Shown piece after piece: positions 29,742-40,300 of a stretch of DNA of 64,000 bases. Both the position numbers and the translations under genes were made by a program. The stretch spans positions 200,095 to 264,094 of the forward strand of contig NMRA01000456.1 in assembly GCA_002633005.1 (NCBI GenBank). Direction: 5' to 3'. The notes under the pieces are model-generated. The model was not told the origin of the DNA, made no database searches, and saw only the letters and a list, made by a program, of their open reading frames with translations. Numbering within the stretch: the first letter of the stretch is position 1; each line of letters opens with the position of its first letter. Source of the DNA: Phoronis australis (lineage: Eukaryota > Animalia > Phoronida).

Positions 29742-30028
29742 CTTAGGAGGCCGTCAATGTATTTAATTCCATCCAACTCGAATAAATACTCCCATTATCA
29801 AACCTTTTCTTTGAACAGTCCCTCGTTCAGTTCTCAAAACCAGTAACTCAACAATTTTAACACTGCACGTGGCAGGTGGTATGACATCATATCACCTAAC
29901 ATGCACAGTGTAAAAGTGGTTCATTACTGTTTTTGAGAACTGAACGAGGGACTGCTCAAAGAAAAGGTTTAATAACGAGAGTATTTGTTTGAGTTGGAAG
30001 GAATTAAATACACCCATGGCCTCCTAAG
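29742..30028. mobile_element. Fold-back (near-palindromic) MITE
   Basis: Arms of ~140 bp, CTTAGGAGGCC...AGTCCCTCGTTCAGTTCTCAAAA versus TTTTGAGAACTGAACGAGGGACT...GGCCTCCTAAG, centred near 29885. Confidence 0.8.
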
Positions 30029-30032
30029 AGGC

Positions 30033-30544
30033 TGTTGTAGATGTGCTTCCGGCGACTCATATGAGCCTCAGTTAGCTACTCGCTAACAGGTAATTGCCTA
30101 TTAGCTGAATGGTTAGCATGCTCGCCTGTTTTATAGGGGTCACTGTCTCGATTCCCAGGTCGGGTAATCTCAGCTATTACTACAAATGGCATAGTTGGCA
30201 AATGGATGATCTACCGATGAAGCACTGCCAACTAGTACCCACGGACTTCGGGACGGCGAGCATGGAAAGTTCCAGGAGTCGAGGACCTGTATGAGAGACA
30301 ACCTTGTGTTCACCCGTGTTGTGGTGGTAAAGGTACCAAAGGGACGTTGATGACCTGTATGCGAGACGTCCTGGTGTTCACCTTCCTGGTGGCGTGCCTG
30401 TTCCGTAGGAAAGGGAGGGGGATGTTGTAGATGTGCTTTTGGTGAATCATATGAGCCTCTGTTAGCTACTCTGTTAGCACCCTCTTCAGTTTTATGGGGT
30501 CGTTGATTCGACTCCCAGGTCAGGTAATCTCAGCTATTACTACA
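30033..30544 (+). mobile_element. Complete miniature non-autonomous LTR retrotransposon (TRIM) with tRNA-like sequence inside the LTRs
   Basis: LTR1 30033-30184 and LTR2 30423-30544, both TGTTGTAG...CTACA. 4-bp TSD AGGC (30029-30032 and 30545-30548). PBS TGGCATAGTTGGCA starts at 30187, 2 nt after LTR1. PPT AGGAAAGGGAGGGGGA at 30407-30422. Confidence 0.85.
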
Positions 30545-30851
30545 AGGCTACTAGGCTAAGCCTAAGAAAAAGATGTCCCTCTGGCTCTGTTTGCGCAAAA
30601 GTTATATATAACAACGTAACTTTGACACTTTCATCAGTGCAAGGCATAACTCGCCAAAAGGTTTCCAGTGTATGAAGCGCCTATGGGAGCTCCACTGTCT
30701 CTACTGGCGGTGCCAGTGGAGTCAGTGGTCACTGTTTGTGTATAGTACACTCAAGTCAGTGTGACAGTGTCACAGACATAGACACACAAATGACACAGTG
30801 TGACGCGTTACTGTATCTATAATGGTGTAACAAAGTACGGGAATACCTTAC

Positions 30852-31337
30852 AAAAACCAGCCGATCTTTACTGGTCTGTACCTCAACACACAATCACGAC
30901 ACAGGTGAAAACTAATCGTTGATCACAGAAACGGCACATGTTTTTCTGTCAATGCTTAAAGAAACAACCAAAACATCAACAGGAACAGTTTTCAATATGG
31001 CGCGCTTACAAACATTGAAAATAGGGAATAAATCAACAAATTTAAATGTGTTTTATTGACATTAACAAACAAAATAGATGATAACTTTTCCTATTATTAT
31101 GAATAAAAATACTACTTAACTTAAAATGTCATTTTATTACTATTAGCGATATTATTAGTTAAATGAACTTTTCCACGTTACTAATTTTGCAAAACTCAGA
31201 TGAAAACTTGCGTCTCAAAACGAGGCAATCAAAACTTACTGGTCCACGTATGTTAGTGGTTGTGTGTGGGACGTAGCTGGCTTGAACAGAATCTTTTTAC
31301 CTTCTTACTCTGCGGATCACCTCTAGGATCACGCATA
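30852..31337. promoter_or_regulatory. Probable bidirectional promoter region of TBC1D31 and DERL1, including a putative non-coding first exon of TBC1D31
   Basis: Minus-strand donor GTAAGG at ~30846-30851 and acceptor at ~28794 upstream of the TBC1D31 ATG. YY1-like AATATGGCG at ~30995. DERL1 ATG at 31338. Confidence 0.45.
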
Positions 31338-34300
31338 ATGTCTGGTAACGAATTGGGGGATTGGTATCGGGGAATCCCGATGATAACACGATACTGGTTT
31401 ACTGGTTCCATCGTGTTGCCGCTGATTGGAAAGCTCGGCCTCGTCAGTGCAATGACAATGATCTTGAATTACGAGGCAGTCGTGTATCATTTTCACGTGA
31501 GTTGATAGTTGGAGGATGGAATGTCACTTCTCATTGTAACGTACCTGCCATCCTCAAAAACAGATAGGTTCATGTTTCTACTTGGGGAGCTTATCTCTAT
31601 TCTAACACATTTTATCCAGCCATATTACATTTGCTGGAAGTTACGCGATGTTCTCACTCTCGCAACACACTTGCGCTTGTCATCTCCGACCTACTCTTTG
31701 ATTAGCTGCTGCCCTACCTTCTAGTGGGGTCATTTATCAAGTTAATTCAATACTGTTGTGAAATGTGCTTCCGGTGAGTCATATATGAGCCTCTGTTAGC
31801 CACTCGCTAACAGGCAATTGCCTATTAGCTGAATGGTTAGCACGCTCGCCGGTTAAATCAGGGTGGCTGGTACGATTCCCGAGGTCGGGCAATCTCGGCT
31901 ATTACGACAATACTAAAATTGTGAGCCAGATATTAACCAATCACAGCAGGGGCAGAGCCTGTTGTAGCCATGTGAGTCGCACAGTGGCAAGATTGAGAAT
32001 CTCACGAAACTACAGACCATTAGACGGCATTAGAGAGTAGTATATTTAAATGGTGTAAAGCAGGTATGCTTTAAAAAGATCGAAATCAGCTCCAGTGTTC
32101 TATGTGTTGTAGACGTGCTTACGGTGAATCATATGAACCTCTTCTAGCCACTGGCTAAAGGGCAATTGTCTATTAGCTGAATAGTTAGTATGCTTGCCAT
32201 TTCCTTGGTTGGGTGCTCTCATTAATTATTACACATGCAACCATGTCGCTGTGTTAGGTGTGATCTTAGAATACTGGAATTCTAGTCTGAGATAACGGAA
32301 GCAGTCTCAAAATTAAGCAACCAGCCGTGTTTGTAAAACATGCACTCTGTTATCAAAGCAAAACATGTAGCAATAAATTTTATCCCTCCTTGTCTCGGTA
32401 ATTTGAACGTTGCTAACCATTGAAAATGCATGGTAGTTGATAGCTGAGTTCATTTCACTGGATATCTTTACTTGTCGCTTGTATTATGCACTCTGATGTA
32501 AAGTTATATGTTATTGTCAAGTGATGTTGAGTATGACTCATAACTGATGATGATTAAGCTACTATTTTTGAATCAAAACGCTGATCATGAACACCGTTGT
32601 TATTATTTGTGTCGTTATCTTCCTGTTAACCAATGAAACCAATGTAAAACAACCACTTTCAGTGCTCAATTTGCCAAAATGCAGGTCACCAATGCAACTT
32701 CAGATTGTGTTTGGTGACCTGGGAAAAATCTAAAGTCGTCATGAAGTATGACTTTAAATACTTATTACTACTACCAGTATTGGAACCTGGACCAAATTGA
32801 AATATTTCGATTTGGGTTGATTCCGTATTGAAATTTGTATATGGCAGCCTGTATTGAAATACATTTTATGGTATAAATTAAAACAATAGATTGAACATAA
32901 AATTCATGTTGCTTTTTCAACCCTCAACTATTTTTTTATCATTCAAAACAGAGTCAGAATATAGTTGTCAAAAACTAGCCATAAAGACTTGCATGTTATC
33001 TTGATCTAGTTGTGTTGTTCTGTTGCAGGTCTGGCGGCCAGTGACAGCACTGTTCTATTACCCGTTAACTGTTGTCAAAAACTAGCCATAAAGACTTGCG
33101 TGTTATCATGATCTAGTTGTATTGTTTTGTTTCAGATCTGGCGGCCAGTGACAGCACTGTTCTATTACCCGTTAACACCACAAACTGGTTTTCACTTTCT
33201 CATCATGATGTATTTCCTATATTCATATTCAACAAGATTAGAAACAGGTTTGTTTTGTCAATTTTCACATTTTATCTTCATCAGATGATTTTTAATAGAA
33301 TGGCGAGCTTCAGAAGATTTCTCAAGAAAAATTGCAATTGCATCTTTGAATGACCAGACTATCGGCGTAAGTCTGTGTAAATCCCCTCACAATATCTGAC
33401 ATTTACAGCACAAGGAAACTTGACACATTCGTTAGTGTGCCAGTCATCCTAAAAGGATCACCCTTTTTGGCAAGTCATGAAACATCCAGAAAATACTGTT
33501 TTTGTGAGATAAAGCAAAATTTAATACTGATGTGTTGAAAAACGAGCAGTAAATAATTGTATATGTAGTTTTAGATCAAAGTATACTGTATTTATTTATG
33601 TATTGTAATATTTAAAATGAGGGTGGCCTCTTCAGTGATAGCACTGTCCAAAGGTAGATTTAGGAGTGAATGCCTTAAGTTATAAGCCTGAGAATGGCAC
33701 AAAATAACAAATTTCACTAGAATTTCTAGTTAGATAATTCTGCACCATGAATTCTTTTAATAGAGTTATAAGAAATATTTATTAATAGCTGTGTCATTTC
33801 TTGTTTCAGGCGTATTTGATGGCAAGCCGGCTGACTACTTATTTATGCTGATTTTCAACTGGCTATGTCTCGTTATCATCGGATTCATCGCAGGAATTAT
33901 GGTAAACCTGATGTTAACTAATTTTTGAAATTTTGGAAGGAGTTTAAAACAGATCCTCCAAGAATTTCAATTGCAATGCTTTTACCGATTGGCTGTACGT
34001 TATCATTAATTAATGAGAAAGTTACAAACAACTTCAGCATTCATGTCCTCTTTAACAGCTGTTTTATGATGAAATAATTTACAAATGATTAGTGTATCGC
34101 AGCACGCCACCTGTGACCACATCACGTGACCTAACAAATGTAAGTCTGTAAAGATTTCTGCCCCAAGCGGGACTCGAACCCGGGACCGTCTGCTACCTGT
34201 GCTGACCTTCTAGTCCACTGAGCCATCGGGACCACCGGTCAAATACAGAAATCCAATCGGACTTAGTATCAGGCATCTCACCCTTGGGCCCGGGTTCATG

Positions 34301-37300
34301 CCCTGATTGGGGTAGAAATCTTTTCAGACTTAGATTCATTAGTTCACGTGATGTGGGCACAGGTGGCGTGCTCACCAGACTTAGAAACACTGGTTTAAGA
34401 ATTACATATTTGTGTAAATGACCAGTATGTGAGCACTGTCTACGACTTTTTCCACTGCAGTTCTTGTAGTTCGTACTGAACAATCTTGATGTTTTCTTCT
34501 GTAGAAAGAGTTTGAACTTAAATGCTTGAAGAGTTAAATGTTCTAATGTGTTAAGTGTTCTGAAGAGACAGATTGCATTCAAAGTTTTTTATTGTTGCAA
34601 CCATGAATGAATGTTTCAATTAAACTGTCCCACAGTAGGGGGACTATACCTGAAACTTTTAAAATGACTGGTAAATTCAATGAGAGATTACAATGTAAAG
34701 AGCCTGTTCTTCAAATTAGAACACAATATGACAGAATAGTTAATTTATATTTTATTAAAGTTTTGACTAGAGTAAATGAGAAGATGATTTTGCTTGATTA
34801 TTTGAAAATGTCATCAACAAGCATGATGAAATTTCCAACATTTTTTGGCAATACAGTGATTGTTTAAAAATGTTGCTTTAAGATTTCTCTGTCATTTTGT
34901 GGCATATCCTGCTTTAACATTAGCTCCAACATTTTGAGGCTTGTCATTTACTTTCAACCGTCTTCCTTCTTCAAATTTTTTTGTGATCTTGTACTGTCAT
35001 TTTCAACGCGAGTCTAGTTTATATGCTTGTTTGAGTCTAGTTATANNNNNNNNNNNNNNNNNNNNNNNNNNNNNNNNNNNNNNNNNNNNNNNNNNNNNNN
35101 NNNNNNNNNNNNNNNNNNNNNNNNNNNNNNNNNNNNNNNNNNNNNNNNNNNNNNNNNNNNNNNNNNNNNNNNNNNNNNNNNTGATCTAGTTGTATTGTTC
35201 TGTTGCAGATCTGGCGGCCAGTGACAGCACTGTTCTATTACCCGTTCACAGTTGTCAAAAACTAGCCATAAATACTTGCGTGTTATCGTGATCTAGTTGT
35301 ATTGTTCTATTGCAGATCTGGCGGCCAGTGACAGCACTGTTCTATTACCCGTTAACACCACAAACTGGTTTTCACTTTCTCATCATGATGTATTTCCTAT
35401 ATTCATATTCAACAAGATTAGAAACAGGTTTGTTTTTCAATTTTCACATTTTATCTTCATCAGATGATTTCTTTAATAGAATGGCGGGCATCAGAAGATT
35501 TCTCAAGAAAAATTGCAGTTGCATCTTTGAATGACCAGACTATCGGCATAGGTCTGTGTAAATCCTTCACAAAATGTGACAGTTACAGCACAAGGAAACT
35601 TGACACATTTGTTAGTGTGCCAGTCATCCTAAAAGGGTCACCTTTTTGGCAAGTCATGAAAAATCCAGAAAATACTGTGTTTTTGTGGGATAAAGCAAAA
35701 TTTACTACTGATGTGTTGAAAAACGAGCAGTAAGTAATTGTATATGTAGTTTTAGATCAAAGTATACTTTGTTTATTTATTTATTGTTATATTTAAAATG
35801 AGGGTAGCCTCTTCAGTGATAGCACTGTTTGTCCAAAGGTAGATTTAGGAATGAATGCCTGAAGTTATAAGCCTGAGAATGGCGCAAAATAACAAATATC
35901 ACTAGAATTTCTAGTTAGATAATTCTGCACCATGAATTCTTTTAATAGAGTTATAAGAAATATTTATTAATAGCTGTGTCATTTCTTGTTTCAGGCGTAT
36001 TTGATGGCAAGCCGGCTGACTACTTATTTATGCTGATTTTCAACTGGCTATGTCTCGTTATCATCGGATTCATCGCAGGAATTATGGTAAACCTGATGTT
36101 AACTAATTTTTGAAATTTTGGAAGGAGTTTAAAACAGATCCTCAAAGAATTTCAATTGCAATGCTTTTACCGATTGGCTTCACGTCGTCATTAATTAATG
36201 AGAAAGTTACACTCAACTTCAGCATTCACGTCCTCTTTAAAAGCTGTATTTATGATGAAATAATTTACAAATGACTAGTGTATCGCAGCACGCCACCTGT
36301 GACCACATCACGTGACCTAACGAATGTAAGTCTGTAAAGATTTCTGCCCCAAGCGGGACTCAAATCCGTGACCTTCTGCTACCTGTGCTGACCTTCTAGT
36401 CCACTGAGCCATCGGGACCACCGGTCAAATACAGAAATCCAATCGGACTTAGTATCAGGCATCTCACCCTTGGGCCCGGGTTCATGCCCTCATTGGGGTA
36501 GAAATCTTTTCAGACTTAGATTCATTAGTTCACGTGATGTGGGCACAGGTGGCGTGCTCACCAGACTTAGAAACACTGGTTTAAGAATTACATATTTGTG
36601 TAAATGACCAGTATGAGCGCTGTCTACGACTTTTTCCACTGCAGTTCTTGTAGTTCGTACTGAACAATCTTGATGTTTTCTTCTGTAGAAAGAGTTTGAA
36701 CTTCAATGCTTGAAGATTTAAATGTTCTAATGTGTTAAGTGTTCTGAAGAGACAGATTGCATTCAAAGTTTCTTATTGTTGTAACCATGAATGAATGTTT
36801 CAATTGAACTGTCCCACAGTAGGGGGACCATACCTGAAACTTTTAAAATGACTGGTAAATTTAATGAGAGATTACAATGTAAAGAGCCTGTTCTTCAAAT
36901 TAGAACACAATATGACAGTTAATTTATATTTTTTTAAAGTTTTAAAGTTTTGACTAGAGTAAATGAGAAGATGATTTTGCTTGATTATTTGAAAATGTCA
37001 TCAACAAGCATGATGAAATTTCCAGCATTTTTTGGCAATACAGTGATTGTTTAAAAATGTTGCTTTAAGATTTCTCTGTCATTTTGAAGCATATCCTGCT
37101 TTAACATTAGCTCCAACATTTTGAGGCTTGTCATTTACTTTCAACCGTCTTCCTTCTTCAAATTTTTTTGTGATCTTGTACTGTCATTTTCAACGCGAGT
37201 CTAGTTTATATGCTTGTTTGAGTCTAGTTATAATAATGTGAATCTAGTTATATGTTCATGCAAGTAGTTATACATTCATGTGAGTCTAGTTATATTGTAA

Positions 37301-40300
37301 TGTGGGTCTAGTTATATGGTACTGTGGTTCTAGTTATATGGTAATGTGAGTCTAGTTATATGGTAATGTGGGTCTAGTTATATGGTAATGTGAGTCTAGT
37401 TATAGGTTAATGTGAGTGTGTGTTAATTGTATTCCAGTTACTTCTTGATCCCATGGTGATGAGTGTGCTGTATGTGTGGTGCTCTCTCAACAAAGATGTT
37501 GTTGTACAGTTCTGGTTTGGTACACAGTTTAAAGTAAGTCCTATGTCTTTTTTATTTACCACTCATTTGTAATAGGACGAAATCTATGGTATTGCAGTAA
37601 ATTTTTTTCAAGATAGAGCATAATATGGCGGAAGGTTGAAATTTTTTGTTTTATCAAAATTTTCAACTTAAGTAAATTAGAAGACAGATTTACTCTAATC
37701 ATTATTTGGAAACTGCTTATGGCAAACACAATGGATTCCGAAGCATTTGAAAAATAAAAAATGACACTTTTGGTCATTAGTTTTTTATTGAATTTGAGGA
37801 AACTTTACCATACTGGTGTTTTGCATAGTGATAAGGTTCATCACTATGCCTTTATGTGTTGAGTCACTTCACTAGGCTAGAACCAATGCACCATTTTGAA
37901 CTTGAAGGACCATGAATTGTAGCGTACTGTTTACGCTGTTGACAATGAACTTGAATTTAGCTTGCACGTTTTTGTCACATTTCTTTATAGCGTTTTTTGC
38001 TTGCTAGCTTGTTTGTGTGCGCAAACTAGTGTCATTCGTAGTTAAACCGTCATAGATTGCACACAGCAGTGTACTCCCACCTAGCTTCAAGTGTACTGAT
38101 TTTGTGTTAAAATTGATTCAAGATTGTAGCTATTCCCTTTTTTCTCCAACATCTTGATGGGTTTGACCACAGCACGTCTTTGTCAGTAGACATCTCTCGC
38201 AACTTTTAATCTGTACATGCTCAATGTGACTGTTGAAAACAGGTACTTATATAATGTTGTCCTATGATGTGCCAAGCCACAAAGAAAAGGTATTGAATTC
38301 CAGAACTGTAATTCTTTTTTCTCTTTTGTCTTGTTTCATACAATTATGTCTTGATTTTTTGTTTAATTGGTAACATTCCGGGATAGCTTTGATAGATGTC
38401 CAACATTTCTGAGAAAAATCGAAATCAAAAAACATAAAGAAAAAAAAGTTGTGACTGATGCAGTCTTACTTGTGAACTGAGTCGTTATTTTGTGTGTATC
38501 GTGACATTTTTGCCTGGAATTAAAACTTTAAAAAAAATTTGGAAATCGTACAAGCTTCACTTTCAAAGCATACATTTTTTGCATAAAGGTTACACATGTG
38601 CTAATAGGTTGGAAACACTGGAATATTGCAAGCAATATTGATATCGCTGGTGCCACAGTATATTATTTAAAGTTCCACTTACCTTCATACTGAAGCTATA
38701 TAAGGCAACTGTAGGACATGCATTACCCTGGGTTCCAACTGCTTTCATATTGATGCTATATTGTACAGTTGACTTTGCTCCTACTTGCAGTGTATTTACC
38801 TTGGATTCCAACTGTCTTTGTACGGTGTTGTAGTTATATTTGTCTTTGTTCATACTTGCAGGCGATGTATTTACCCTGGGTTCTCCTAATCTTTAATATG
38901 ATCATCATGGGAGGGTAAGTTAATCAACCTTCAGAGTCTTCTCTCTGCTCCCTTGTTAATTTATTAGTTGATCAGTACCTTTGTCCATAACAGTCTTAAA
39001 TTCACATTTGCAGTTTAAAAGCTTTATTTTGGAATGCTCTTTGTAAGGAAGCCAAAGTACCATATGTGACTAGTTTCGTCTAGTGAATATTCATGGCTAG
39101 TCTCGTCTAGTGTATATACGTGGATAGTCTCGTCTAGTGTACTACATGGCTAGTCTCGTCTAGTGTATAATATGTATGTGATATGTATGTATGCATGCAT
39201 GCAACCATCAATTGTTCTTTTTTTCTTTTCAGAGGTATTGCAGAAATTCTTGGTATATTAGTGGGCCATCTCTACTTTTTTCTCATGTTCAAGTACCCAC
39301 AAGACTTTGGTGGGCGCTCATTTTTACAGACTCCAGCCATTCTGTAAGTGTAATATCTTAACACAACAATGATAGTTTATATTATTATGTGCCCACCTAC
39401 TTGTATGGGGGCTCATGCTGTCAACCCCATCCGGTGTCCATCTGACGTCTGCTGCTGTATTTCCAAAATCCCTTGATGTATGTTTCCAGATAAGTTCCTT
39501 TCATGGATAGGCCAGCTTGAGCGAATTTTAGACAGATCCGAAAAGCAGTTGCCGTACTGGAAATTTTATTTTTTTACGTTTGCCTCTATGTCTTCGAAAC
39601 TCTTTAACAGATTTTCATGAAATTTGGCAAGGTATCTATTAGGAAGATGACACCAACCTTAAGTTTTTGAATGTCTTATTTTGTGCCACCTAGTGGCCAT
39701 TTTTACTTTTCAAACCTGTTTTTGTTGCCATCAGCCCCTCTGTCGTCCTAACCACTATAAGGATGATTATGAATATTGATCTATTGGTTCCTACTAGTGG
39801 CAGTTTTGTTTTTTTTTTGCATCTGTGGCTGTTTCTCTTAAACCCTTTGAAGGATCTCTGATAAATTTGGGTAGTGTATTTGTATGAAGCTGACAACAGA
39901 TAACGATGACTTTTCGACAGATATGACTACTGCTGTGTCCCCTAGTGGCAATTTTATTTTTGTTCTCTGTTTATGTGGAGTTCCATAGTAATGGATTTTT
40001 AAAAAATTTGGCGAATAGGTTTGTATTAAAGAGGTTATGACACCTTGTTTTCAGATGGATTTGACTTAGTGTACGCCTCCTTGTGGCTATTTTGAGTCTG
40101 TTTTTGACATCCATCTCTTTATCGGCCAAACCACTTTAAGAATTGTTATGAAAATTGGTAAAGGTGTTCCTAGTGGGAAGAGCATGGCTGACAATGATTT
40201 TTGTATATTTTTGACTACTGTGGTGCTCTATAGAGACAATTTGCTTTTTTTTGCATCCGCAGCTGTTTTTCCTACCCCTTACAGGATCTTTGTGAAATTG

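Larger units (their letters stand above)
29590..30730. mobile_element. Older fold-back element whose arms enclose the inner MITE and the TRIM
   Basis: CCAGTAGAGGCGGTGGAGCTCC...CTTCATAC...TTGTTATAAATA..TTTTGCACA (29615-29730) is the imperfect reverse complement of TGCGCAAAA..TATATATAACAA...GTATGAAG...GGAGCTCCACTGTCTCTACTGG (30592-30708). Confidence 0.65.

Noticed and set aside
31820-31892. Functional tRNA gene
   Set aside because: Stems and boxes are degenerate, and the sequence is embedded in a TSD-flanked LTR present in several diverged copies.
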